Origin: Podarcis erhardii
Lineage: Eukaryota
Strand: one strand, 5' to 3'
Length of the DNA: 64,000 nucleotides
NCBI GenBank assembly: GCA_964252035.1
Contig: OZ176210.1
Part shown: positions 1 through 11,642 of the stretch, one piece after another
Position numbering within the stretch: the first letter of the stretch is position 1
How the letters are laid out: every line of letters begins with the position of its first letter
The notes under the pieces: generated by a model
The model's database searches: none
What the model saw: only the letters and a program-made list of their open reading frames with translations
What the model was told of the DNA's origin: nothing
Program-made: the position numbers and the translations under genes

Positions 1-1130
1 AAAAAAGCTCATGAGACCGAGCTTTTTTATTTTCCTTAGCCAAAACAAGTGAAGATCTGCACATAGCTGATACCTTTTAAGTGTACCTGGCTGAAATTGC
101 TTGATAGTTTTATAGAAGAAAGGAAGTAAGCTGATTATATTAATTTATTTGAGAGATGTAGCTATTAATTTGTTGCAGCAAATACAGTGTTTGGATTAAT
201 TAGTAAACTGTTATTAAAGAAATTCTGGAATAATTATAATTCAGAGAGATGGTAAATTGAAGCAATGCACTTCATAATTACAATTTGGGAAACAATAAAG
301 GAAGCATCACTCAGTTGATTTTAAATTTCACCAGATATGCAATGTTTGATGAGAAAATGTGTAAAATTAATGAGAGAAGTTTCAATTTTTCATTTTCATT
401 TTTATTTATGAGGACACAAAGGTTTTATTACAAATAAGAAATGAAAAACAATAATATCTACTAAAAGTGCCTGTATGTGCCCAAGTTACATTCCCCAAGA
501 ATGCTTCAAACACTTCTGTTGACAAAGAGTTCCCTAAAGCCAAGCAATACTAAGTCACCAAACAGGAATGTATGACAACTGAGATATCATTTATATACTG
601 CCTCATATGAAAAAGAATGCAAAAATTCTGACACACCTCTAGCAGCAAAGCGCTGGCAAAATAACTTGTCAAACCAGATAGAGATTGGGGGGAGAAAGGA
701 TAGCTTGGCTTTACTTCAGAGAAGTGCTTTAAGCTGATAACTATTTTAGGATCTAAAAATGCCAAAATGGAACAACATTTAAATATCTACTTTCCTGACA
801 CATATGTCATAGCATATCTAATCTGTAATTCCTCAGTTATACCAAGGTAGGATGAATCCTTGGTCCTTTTGTTTCACTAAACAAGGGCACAATGTTTTTA
901 TGAATATACAATATGCAAGCTTAAATAGGCCATCATTTATTCATAGTATATCATTAGCATATGCTCACCTGGAAACTAGGTTGAGAGGTGAGGTAAAAAT
1001 TTATATTAAATAATATTGTTTGTTTTCTATGAATCAGTGTCTGCGTTAACAAGAAGGAAGTTTTGCCTTAACAATAACATACCAGCCTGCTGTTAATTAG
1101 ATACCATATTTCAACATAGTTGTTACTTCT

Positions 1131-1440
1131 CATAGAATCATAGGGTTGGGAGAGATCCTGGAGGTCATGCAGCTCAACCTGCTACTCAGTGCAGGATCCA
1201 AAATGCAGGATGTAACTACAGCAGCCTTGACAGATGGTTGTCTAATCTAGCTTCTGTTTAAATACCGCTGGCAGAGTAAGTCCACCACCCCTTGAAGATG
1301 TCTGATCCATTGTTGAACTCCCCTTACCAAATAAAGTTTCCCCTATTATTTAGCTGAAATACGCTTCTGTGCAGTTTGGACCCTTGGTTCTAGCCCTAGT
1401 TGTAAACAACAGAGAACAAATCTCTTCCATCTTCTTTAGC
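1131..1440 (-). mobile_element. Old CR1-type LINE 3' fragment
   Basis: Begins catagaatcatag, the reverse of the CR1 TTCTATGATTCT tail, followed by degenerate CR1-like 3' sequence. Confidence 0.5.
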
Positions 1441-1676
1441 AAACCCATCACCTCCCAAGTTGCAAGGGTTAGTGTTTTCCATTGTGACAGTGCTGGGAAG
1501 CAAAGTGATATGAAGATATCCATGTCAAAATCTGTCACCTCAATTATAAGAACTATTGTTGAAGAATGGGAGACTGGGAGATTCATCTAAAAAGCAGTGC
1601 TGAAAGGGTAAAATGTTATTGCTTCTTTCTGGAAAGTTAATGGGGAAATGGCCTGGACATTTTAGTTTATAGAATA

Positions 1677-1888
1677 CAGTGGTACCTCGGGTTACAGATA
1701 CTTCAGGTTACAGACTCCGCTAACCCAGAAATAGTACCTTGGGTTAAGAACTTTGCTTCAGGATGAGAACAGAAACTGTGTGGCGGCGGGAAGCCCCATT
1801 AGCTAAAGCGGTACCTCAGGTTAACAACAGTTTCAGGTTAAGAACGGACCTCCCAAACAAATTAAGTTCTTAACCCGAGGTACCACTG
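1677..1888. mobile_element. Tc1/mariner (pogo/Tigger-like) MITE, family A
   Basis: Perfect 18-bp TIR CAGTGGTACCTCGGGTTA / TAACCCGAGGTACCACTG; TA on both sides. Confidence 0.9.
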
Positions 1889-2486
1889 TACTAGAGTAGT
1901 AAAGTTCAACCTTTTCAAACTCAGGACCCACCTAGTGTTTTGGGACCCATTTATTGCAATTTTTTACCATATGTTTGTATGGTGATAGTACTGCTGTTAT
2001 GACCCACCTTGGATAAAGGTTAGGGATAAGACCCAAACCCATGACCAGATAGTGGGTCCCAACCAGTGCTAGAGTAATGTTTTCATAGTTAACCTTGGTC
2101 AATCCTTTCTTTTATGAATGAGTTACATTTCCATTTTAAAATAAATGTACCCAGCAGCTATTACATAATACATATTGTGTGGTTTGTGGCATTTCCCTCA
2201 GTTCCTGATTTACTGTTTGGAGGACCAGCTTCCAGTTGTGGTTACTTGCTAAATTACTTAATTCTGTTTTGTTTTTGGAATAAGTATTCTGTTCTAGTGA
2301 AATTATAGCATTAGTCCATAATCTAGAGTGTCCTGGTGCAGTCTTTCCTATTTATTTTATAGGGCAAATATATGTGCACATAACTGGACATGATTGTTGG
2401 AATGGGATACTTCTATTCTTGTAGGAAAGGGAAGTAGAGATTCATTGGCTAGTGAGGTTCTCCATCATTTCATTAAAATATAACCT

Positions 2487-2752
2487 TGGTAAAAAGGTAA
2501 TGGACCCCTGGACAGTTGAGTCCAGTCAGAGGCGACTATGGGGTGCGATGCTAATCTTGCTTCAGGCCGAGGGAAGCTTTTGTCCACAGACAGTTTTCCA
2601 GGTCATGCTGGTATGCTTTTGAACTGCTAGGTTGGCAGAAGCTGGGACAAAGCAACAGGAGCTCACCCTTGCACGGATTCGAACCTCTGACCTTCTGATT
2701 GGCAAGCCCAAGAGGCTCAGTGGTTTAGGCCACAGCTCCACCCACGTCCCAG
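2487..2752 (-). mobile_element. Sauria-type SINE (internally deleted)
   Basis: tRNA-like head with B box (ggattcgaacc on +), ACCTTT-type tail; 10-bp TSD AATATAACCT at 2477-2486 and 2753-2762. Confidence 0.85.
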
Positions 2753-3147
2753 AATATAACCTGCTATTATATGATTCACAGTTGACAGGAGTCTCCTTAT
2801 TAAGCAAACTCACTTTGTTTCTCTTTACCAATGTAATTCTCAGGACTAATTCTCATTTTCCCTTTTATATTTGCATAAGTGAATCTGGGAACAACCCTCA
2901 AAATAGCCTTTGGGTGTTTTGAAAAATTATATTTCCAAAAACACTTGGAAAGCACACCATGGCAGGGGCCATCAGTACCTGCTATGGTGCCCATGAAATG
3001 ACAATATCCCCTCAAAATCCCCCCCCTTTTTTTTTTGTCTTCCTGCTCAGTTCCTGTTTGCACTGGCCCAGCTTCTCCCACATTGAACACCCCTCTCTGA
3101 AATATGCTTGTTGATGGAGTGGCATGCCAACATCATTTTATGTTCTT

Positions 3148-4871
3148 ATTTCATAGGATAACTATGAAAAATGCTGGTCTGAAATTAAGAGAGACTTGGA
3201 CAGTTGGACAAAATTGAAGCTTTCTTTGTTAGGCCGAATTGCTGCTATTAAGATGAATGTATTGCCAAAAATGTTGTTTTTGTTTCAAACATTACAGATT
3301 GTGGACAAGACGGAGTGCTTCCGGAAGTGGCAGAAAGATATCTCTAAATTTGTCTGGCAGGGCAAAAAGCCCAGAATTAAGTTTAAGATATTAACTGATG
3401 CGAAAGAAAGAGGGGGTTTTGCCCTGCCAGACTTAAAGTTGTACTATGAAGCCGCAGCTTTCTGCTGGCTAAAAGACTGGCTACTTCTCGAAGACACTGA
3501 TGTACTGGATTTGGAAGGTTTTAACAATGCTTTTGGTTGGCATGCATACTTATGGTATGACAAGGTTAAGATCAATAAGGCCTTTAAGAACCATATTGTC
3601 AGGAAAGCAGTATTTAATGTCTGGACAAAATACAAAGACTTATTGGAAAACAAAACTCCAAGGTGGCTTTCACCTATGGAAGCTAAGGCCCGAAAAAGAC
3701 CCAATATGGAGGCCAAATGGACAAAATATTGGGAAATATTAGAAAAAGATGGAGACAATTGGAAATTGCAGAGTTTGGATAAAATGAAGGACAAAGTGCG
3801 AGACTGGTTACATTATGCTCAGATTAAAGAAGTCTTTAAAAATGACAAAAAGCTAGGGTTTCAGGTGGAGAAATCGAAATTGGAAACAGAATTGTTGGAA
3901 CCAAAAACTAAGGTACTTTCAAGAATGTATAACTTGCTGTTAAAATGGAATACACAAGATGAAATGGTTAAATCAGCTATGATAAGGTGGGCACAGGACA
4001 TTGGGTATAATATTATGTTTGAGGACTGGGAAAGGTTGTGGACCACTGGGCTGAACTTCACTGCATGTAATGCTTTGAAGGAAAATGTAATGAAGATGAT
4101 ATATAGATGGTACATGACCCCAGTTAAACTTGCCAAGATATACCATTTGTCTGATAATAAATGTTGGAAATGTAAAGAAAATGAAGGAACATTCTTTCAC
4201 CTCTGGTGGACCTGCCCTAAGGTGAAGGCCTTCTGGGAAATGATATATAATGAGCTGAAAAAGGTATTTAAGTATACCTTTACCAAGAAACCAGAGGCCT
4301 TCCTTCTGGGCATTGTCGGCCAGAAGGTGTTAAAGAAGGACAGAACATTTTTTATGTATGCAACAACGGCAGCAAGGATACTCATCGGTAAGAATTGGAA
4401 AACCCAAGAACTACCCACACTGGAAGAGTGGCAGATGCAACTGATGGACTATATGGAACTAGCTGAGATGACTGGCAGAATCCGAGACCTGGGAGAGGAG
4501 AGGGTCGAAGAAGATTGGAAGAAATTCAAGATTTATTTTAAAAAATACTGTAATTTGGTTGAATGTTAAGAAAGGATGCTAGATCATAAATAATTGTGCA
4601 CCACTAAAATAGAAGGAATTAAGATGATAAGTAAATTTGAGGAAAAATTATAAACCTATTGGAGAATTTATAGATTATATTTAAATGAATTTGACACAAG
4701 AGTGTAAACAAGATGATAAATTGCTGGCAAGAATTGAAAATGATGCAAATGAGAGCGGGAGGTGTGAGGGAGTCCATAGATGTCAAGAAAAGATGTTATG
4801 ATATATGTTATGCTGTTTTTATTTTTGCATTTATGTTTAAAACCCAAATAAAATATATTTAAAAAAAACAA
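3148..4871 (+). mobile_element. 5'-truncated L1-clade LINE (ORF2 C-terminal half, 3'UTR, A-rich tail)
   Basis: Open frame 3157-4569 with L1 ORF2 motifs (LSLLGRIAAIKMNVLPK, GGFALPDLKLYY, CWKC...HLWWTC zinc knuckle); AATAAA 4847-4852 and A/AAC tail; identical 20-bp flanks CAACATCATTTTATGTTCTT at 3128-3147 and 4872-4891. Confidence 0.93.
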
Positions 4872-5387
4872 CAACATCATTTTATGTTCTTGTCTCTTTT
4901 TCTGCTCTTTTAAATAGGGCAGCCATTACTCCTGTTCTCACAGCAGTCATTTTGTGTTATCCCACTGTAGCCATTTTTTCCCCAATGACATATCCCCACA
5001 AAAGCCATTTTGTAACTGGCACTCATGGCACTTTTTCAAAATTCCAGGTGTGTCCCTAGGTCCAGAAAGGTTGGCAACCCCTGCACTAGGGCATAACCCA
5101 TTGCTGTGTAAACACAGGATTACAATTGACAGCTGCTTTAACTGGAGATGGTCTTATAATCTTCTGATGTTTCAAGGACCAGCAAGCTTTTATCTTGTCA
5201 GGCAGATGAGTCTTCATATGGTGAACACTGCTTAGGGCTTTTAAACTGCTGAGCGTGTTTTAATATCTGCTGAGCTGGTTTTTATATTGCTCGGTTTTAT
5301 ATGGTTGTTTTATTAGGGAAGTGGTAGTTTCATTGTTGTAAGATGCTCTGAATAATGCAAATACACGAGAAAGGAGAGATATAAATC

Positions 5388-5388
<1 letters not shown>

Positions 5389-5430
<42 letters not shown>
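5389..5430 (+). repeat. (GAAA)n microsatellite
   Basis: Direct reading. Confidence 0.95.
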
Positions 5431-5431
<1 letters not shown>

Positions 5432-5548
5432 CTGTATGTGCTTCAGTTGCATAAGCTGCAGGGCGGTATCTGGGAGAGGTTTGTTAATACTTGCAACTAA
5501 TAACACTATGCATTAGAGCCTGGACTGCTAAGTAGCCAAGGCATCTGC

Positions 5549-6305
5549 TTGGAACTCAGTATGCAGTCTGTTTTGGAGCACAGTGTTATACACATGCTGA
5601 TGACACACAGCTCTGTTTTTCCTCTAACATCTGAACCAGGAGGTGTTGAGCAAGTTCTGAACCACTGCCTGAACTCAGTAATGGGCTGGATAAAAGCCAA
5701 TAAACTCAAGCTGAAGTTTAGCAAAATGGAGGCCCTGTGGGTGAGTGACTGCCAGGTCTGGGAAAATGGTCTGTTGCCTGCTTTGGATGGGGTTTCACTC
5801 CCTCTGAAAGAACAGGTGCATAGCTTAGGGGAACTCCTTTGGGGGGGGTACGACTCAGGTGTCTTCAATGTCTTTGAATGTCTTTTGTCAGCTTTGGCTG
5901 GTGTGCCAGCTACAATTGCTCCTGGACAGGGATTGCTTGGATACTGTGGTGCATGCATTAGAAACTAGATTAATTAATAGACTTGATTATTGTAATACAC
6001 TTTATTTGGGGTTGCCCTTGAATTTGGTCTGGAAGCTGCAGCTTGTAGGAGCATAGCAGGGGCAGGGGCCCTGGGTGCAAAATTTCAAAAAAAAGGAAAG
6101 AAAGAAGTCATAATAAATCATTATAATAATTAGTAATTATATCTTTTAGGAGACATCTGAAGGCAGCACTGTATAGGGAAGCTTTTAAGGTTTAATGTTT
6201 TACTATGTTTTTATATATGCTCAAAGCCACCCAGAGTAGCTGGGGCAACCCAGTCAGATGGGTGGGGTATAAATACCGTAATTTATCATCATCATCATCA
6301 ATTAA
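5549..6305 (+). mobile_element. Decayed L2 LINE fragment and 3' end
   Basis: Frameshifted L2 RT peptides (WIKANKLKL, LPLKEQVHSLG, RLDYCNTLYLGLPL); 6145-6305 resembles the 3' end of the L2 copies at 37425 and 62880. Confidence 0.7.
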
Positions 6306-6833
6306 TTAATTAAATACAAATTAGTGTGCCTTCCCCCTTGCACAGAAAATCTCCCAATGTTTGCATGGGCAGACTGAAGAGTGAATTTGGGCAACAGCTG
6401 GTTGCTAGGGTGCCCTCTACATGGGCTTTAGAAATATACCTGCTCTCTGCCACGCTCGGTGCTCACTGGGCACTACGCCTGCCACTCATGTAGGTTGCCA
6501 AGCTATTGCCCATTTGTTCCATCTACTGGCAGGAGGTGGAGAGCATACTTGCCTTGCCCGGGCACTGGCAACCCATGCTACACCACTTGCAGCTTGTGCA
6601 GAAAACTGCTGTGTGATTGTTCACCAGGGCAACCTACTAGCAACATGCAACACGTGTGTTGAAAATATTGTATCGGCTGCCAATTTGCTAATGGGCTAGA
6701 TTCAAGGCATTCAAAATTTCTATTTCAATCCAAGCCTGCAGATATGGGAGAAACAAGACACTTTTGGGGTGTTCATGCTGTGAACTCCTCCACTGTAGGC
6801 TCACGTTGTATACCTGTGTTAATAAACCATACA

Positions 6834-7045
6834 CAGTGGTACCACTGGTTATGAACTTAATTCATTCTGGAGGTCCGTTCTTAACCTGAAACCGTTCTTA
6901 ACCTGAGGTACCACTTTAGCTAATGAGGCGTCCTGCTGCCGCCGCACCGCTGTTCTCATCCTGGGGCAAAGTTCTTAACCCGAGGTACCACTTCCGGGTT
7001 AGCAGAGTCTGTAACCCGAGGTGTTTGTAATCTGAGGTACCACTG
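6834..7045. mobile_element. MITE family A, opposite orientation, nested in an LTR-like repeat (~6740-7150)
   Basis: Reverse complement of the 1677 copy; CAGTGGTACC...GGTACCACTG ends. The LTR-like host call is weak. Confidence 0.85.
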
Positions 7046-7439
7046 TATAATAAAGACATCACAGTCTCTGCTGTACCTCATTCCAAAAAGCAGCACAAAG
7101 CTGGGTAAGCACCTGGAACCCTGGAATCTTGGGCCGCTTGGAGATTGGTGTGGCTGCTACAATATATTCCAGGATCAGAGACAGGCATTTTTGTGCTGGA
7201 AGTACCAAACAGCTTTTACAGACTAAACCAGCTCAAAATTAAGTCCTCCTGATTTCCAGGGGCATCAGAGATGTCCTTTCTGACCACCTGACCAGTAGCA
7301 CATGAATGCCCATTTGTGTTGTTGCACACATCTCCTTCCCAAAGCGTTTGGATATTAACAAAGACTCGTTTGAAATGAATAGAGTTAATTTAGGAATATA
7401 GACATTTACAATGAATAAAATACCACCCATCCCCTCCGA

Positions 7440-9520
7440 ATAACACACCCACCGTCAACATTCATACTAGCGAAAGCTGGCGTGTCCTGGTGAGGCGCAA
7501 AGCGGTTGTGAAATGCAGCTGTCGGGAGAGCCTCCAGCAGCTGGGCTACCATATTTATTCGCACACACCAAGTCCACGACTCGCCATTGCTTTTCCATAG
7601 GCACAAGGGCCGTGGCGACGGGTATTGTTATTTTGGGAGGACGGTGAGGTTATTGTGCTTTTCGGGTACGGTGCAAGTCCCTCAGCGAGGGAGGAGCAGG
7701 AGGCTAAGCCTGACGTGCGCTGCCTGCGTGGCTTGAATAATAGGAACATTGTTTGAGGGAGAGGGATAATGAAGGCGCTCCTGGCAGGCGGGAGAGGGAG
7801 AAACTGGAGAAAGGAGGCAACCTGGTCGGGCCGGAGACAACAGGAAGGGGGAGGGAAGGACTGTGCAAACGGCTCCGGCAGCCCCCCCCCCCGCTCCGTC
7901 GCCTCCCCATACCCAGGGCTGGCGTCGGAGAGGAGGAGTCGCCGTCTGTGCCGGGGCGCAGTGTATGTGTGTGTCGTGAGGGGGGGAGAAGAGAGTCCTG
8001 GAGGCGGGGCAAGAGCTGAGCATCCGGAACGCAGCTGCCGCCTCCTCCTCCTCCTCGTCGTCGTTGTCGTCGCCGCCGCAGCGGCTTGTAAACAGATCCG
8101 GGGCCTCCACGTGACCGCCTCAAGTACCTGTGTGAGGGGACTGTATTGACTTGCCTCTCGTATTGTCTCCGGCAGGCAAGCAGCAGCAGCAGCAGCAGCA
8201 GCAAGAGGAGCCGCCGCCGCCGCCGCCGGGCTCATGACAACAAAGCCGCGCGAGGGGAGCGCGCGCTGCGGCGGCAGCTGCAGCAGCTGCAGTTGCTGAC
8301 GACTCTCTGGCGCCTTCTTAGCCTATCCCCCTCGTCGTCCCTTCCCCTCGCATCCCACCCGGCCCCGCCAGTAGCGCATCCTTCCCTTCACGTTCCCTCC
8401 CTCCCTGCCCGCCGCCGCCGCCGCCGCCGCCGCCGCTAAAATGGCTGAGGCTGCTGGGCAGTGACTTGAGCGCCCTCCCGGTTTGGTGGTCGTGAGGAAG
8501 CAAAGGAGCCGGGCGGCGGCGGGCAGCGGCTGCCCCCCCCCCCCGGCCACCATGAGCACCTTCGCCTTGGAGGAGACCCTGGAGGCGGACTGGGTGGCCG
8601 TGAGGCCTCACGCCTTCCACGAACGGGAGAAGCACAAGTTCGTCTTCATCGTGGCCTGGAATGAGATCGAGGGCAAGTTCGCCATCACCTGCCACAACCG
8701 GACGGCGCAGAGGCAGCGCAGCGGCTCCAGGGAGATCCGCCGCGGGGGGAGCCCCGGCCTCGAGCACCAGCGAGCCGCCGCCGCCGCCGCCTCTTCCTCC
8801 AAGGTGCCCGGGAGCCCCACCGTACGCAGGAGCAGCCCGGCCTGGGGCACGGCTGAGCCTGGCCAAGCCAGGAGCTCGCCGGTTTCTCCCGCCCGAGCCG
8901 AGCCGTTGCCTAGGAGCCCCGGCAGCCGAGTGGCGGAGGCGCCGCCGCCGCCGCAGAGGAGCCCGGCCCGGGCGCGGAGCAGCCCTGCCCGGAGGCCTCA
9001 GCCTGCTGCGAAGGCGCCGCTCAGCCCCGCGGCCTGTGCGGCCGAGGACATCGAGGTGCTGGAGCTGGGCAAAGACGAGCCTGCGGGAGGCGCCGCTTTC
9101 CTGCTGCCGTCCCCGCTCGCCGGGCCTGCGGCCGCCTCGGAGACCGAGGCGCCGTCGGGCGAGGAGTGCAGCTGGGCCGGCCTCTTCTCTTTCCAGGACC
9201 TGCGGGCCGTGCATCAGCAGCTGTGCTCGGTGAGCTCCGAGCTGGAGCCCTGCTTGCCGGTCCTTCCCGAGGAGCCGTCGGGCATGTGGACGGTCCTCTT
9301 CGGAGCTCCGGAGATGTCGGAGGAGGAGATGGACGCTTTGTGCTGCCGGCTGCAGGTCTACCTGGGCCACTGCCTGGACACCTGCGGGTGGAAGATCCTC
9401 TCCCAGGTGCTCTTCACCGAAACGGACGACCCGGAGGAGTATTACGAGAGCCTGAGCGAGCTGCGGCAAAAGGGTTACGAGGAAGTGCTGCAGCGGGCCC
9501 GCAAGCGCATCCAGGAGGTG
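7440..9520. promoter_or_regulatory. CpG island / JMY promoter and first exon
   Basis: Sharp rise in GC and unmutated CpG dinucleotides against the AT-rich flanks; spans the JMY start codon; contains an E-box (8107-8116) and a YY1-like AAAATGGC (8438-8445). Confidence 0.85.
8552..9517 (+). CDS. JMY: JMY coding exon 1 (junction-mediating and regulatory protein; p53 cofactor / actin nucleator)
   Basis: gccaccATG Kozak at 8552. Translates MSTFALEETLEADWVAVRPHAFHEREKHKFVFIVAWNEIEGKFAITCHNRTAQRQRSGSRE...YEEVLQRARKRIQE, matching the vertebrate JMY N-terminus including the DWVAV LIR-type motif. Donor GAG|GTGAGA at 9518; 966 nt, phase 0. Confidence 0.97.
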
Positions 9521-11276
9521 AGAAAGGCCCCCAGTGCTGATAAAATAGAAACCCTTCAACCCCATCCTGAGCATGCTTACCTGGAAGCAAGTTCCCCTGA
9601 GTCCCATGCAACTTACTCTCAGTTTAAGCTTTCGTTGGATTTCTGTCTCCAACTCTGCTGCTGACCTGACTATATTTTCATGTAGTGTCTTTATGGGGGA
9701 AAATAAGACTTTGGAGAAGGGCAGAAAGATGCTAAAGGCTGAATCCAATGCATTATATATATATATATAGCCAGTCACATGTGCTTCCAAGTAAACTTCC
9801 AGAGGATCTGGCTTTCTGTATCTAAGGCCCTTTTTGTATCTTTCCAAAACTGGTGTATTCTTATACAGTACTTACTGGTATCTTGACTTTTTAAGGAGGA
9901 GCCATATGTTTTTATTTTAACTGGCTGGGTCAGTGGGGTGGGTGGGTACTGGACTTGACCATGTTTACTCTGGTACTTGGATATGTTTGCCAGTTATTCT
10001 GCTAGCTAGGCACTATTCCTAATACAAGGAAATGGATTGTAATAAAATCAGTCAGAACTAAATTGTCCTGTCAGATTTACATCTAAGATCAGCACCAGTG
10101 TGAGTCAATATCTTCTGTTCACCTTGTGCATTCTTGATTTATAGTTGGTGGTCGATACATCAAACAATACTTCACATTTTTTTTAACTGGGCAAAAATTA
10201 CATGCATCATTTTGCAACAGATACTGATTTTTTAATATATATTTCCATTTAGGATGAAATCATATTATTAGTGAACTTAATGAGGAATATAATTAGTGAA
10301 TGATGTTTCCAACATTGTCAGTTTTGAAACAGAGGGCCAACATTTTGCCCACAGTATTTTGACTCTGAGTTTGATCTTTGTTATCCTGTTGTGTGAATAC
10401 CTCACGAGTCTGTCTAGTTGTGCTTTTCATGAAGATATATATTTACAGTATTTGGAATAAGAGGTTGGGTAAGGACCAAAAATAGTCTCACTCATTTCCC
10501 AAGTAACTAATTACTCTTGTTTGCCCAACATGCTTGTCAAGTGAAACTTTGCAGCATGATGTGAAGGCCATGCTTGGCTTGAATTAAGTGTGATTCTAGA
10601 GCCATTGGCTTGGCTTGGCTGCTTCAGAGTTCTCCTGATGATTATATGCCTTTTATTGTATGGTGGCATTTGTAGGAAATGCTGGTTGTGGTTATTTTTA
10701 GAAAAGGTGTGATTTGATTCATTTATTTTTTAATAATCTGCATGGATTGAAGGCTTCTAACTTTAGTGAAAATCTGTTGTATTTGTGATTTAGTGTTAAT
10801 TGGTGTTCATTTTACATTTAGTTGACCTGGGAATGCTGTTGCCAGGGTAATGAATAGTTACTAGTTTAGGTCAAAATTCAATGCCTTCTGTGTTTCCTCT
10901 TTCTTTTTTGGTTTTTAGGGCCATATACAACTGTTCAGCTTCTCAAAACAGAGTTGCCACAGGTATATTCTTTTGGCATGAATATATGCAAAACTTCACT
11001 TCTGACTTTTTTTTAAAAAAAAAAGGATGGTGGAAGACACCTGGTTGCCTAAGTGCCTAAAAACTTTGACACTGAAAGCTAGGAAAGAGTAATTGTTATC
11101 ACCCGTAGTAACAAGCAAGCAACTTCAGTAAAATTTCAGTTCCTCTACTGTAGTTCTGTGGGACAAATACATTCTGGAGAAAGAGAAAATGTGAGGCAGA
11201 TACATGAATAGGTGAGATGCTAAGAACCAAAGACAAATGTGTGGAACCTTCCAAAATAATGTGAAGTAACCTGTAG

Positions 11277-11642
11277 GTTAAAAAAAGGTGAAGGATCCCT
11301 GGACGGTTAGTCCAGTCAAATGTGATTATGGAGTTGCAGCGCTCATCTCGCTTTCAGGCCGAGAGAGCCGATGTTTGTCCACAGACAGCTTTCCAGGTCA
11401 TGTGGTCAGCATGACTAAACCACTTCTGGCGCAACAGAACACCGTGACGGGAACCAGAGTGCACGGAAACGCTGTTTACTTTCCTGCTGCATCAGTACCT
11501 GTTTATCTACTTGCACGGGCGTGCTTTCAAACTGCTAGGTTGGCAGGAGCTGGGACGGAGCAGTGCGGGGATTCGAACCGCCAACCTTCTGATCGGGAAG
11601 CCCAAGAGGCTCAGTGGTTTAGACCACAGTGCCACCCACCAC
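11277..11642 (-). mobile_element. Sauria-type SINE
   Basis: Near full length; B box ggattcgaacc 11569-11579; 9-bp TSD AACCTGTAG at 11268-11276 and 11643-11651. Confidence 0.88.

Noticed and set aside
1-28. AAAAAAGCTC/GAGCTTTTTT hairpin resembling an intrinsic terminator
   Set aside because: Short, mostly A/T, at the window edge, and of no known meaning in a vertebrate genome.
7555-9540. Many overlapping 80-230 aa ORFs in the CpG island
   Set aside because: Stop-poor GC and trinucleotide-repeat sequence; Ala/Arg/Gly/Pro runs only.
9518-9664. Continuation of the exon 1 ORF (VRKAPSADK...)
   Set aside because: Lies after a canonical donor; JMY homology resumes at exon 2.
8318-9847. 509-aa antisense ORF over JMY exon 1
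   Set aside because: It is in exact codon register with the sense CDS in very GC-rich DNA, the usual shadow frame; low-complexity product with no recognisable domain.
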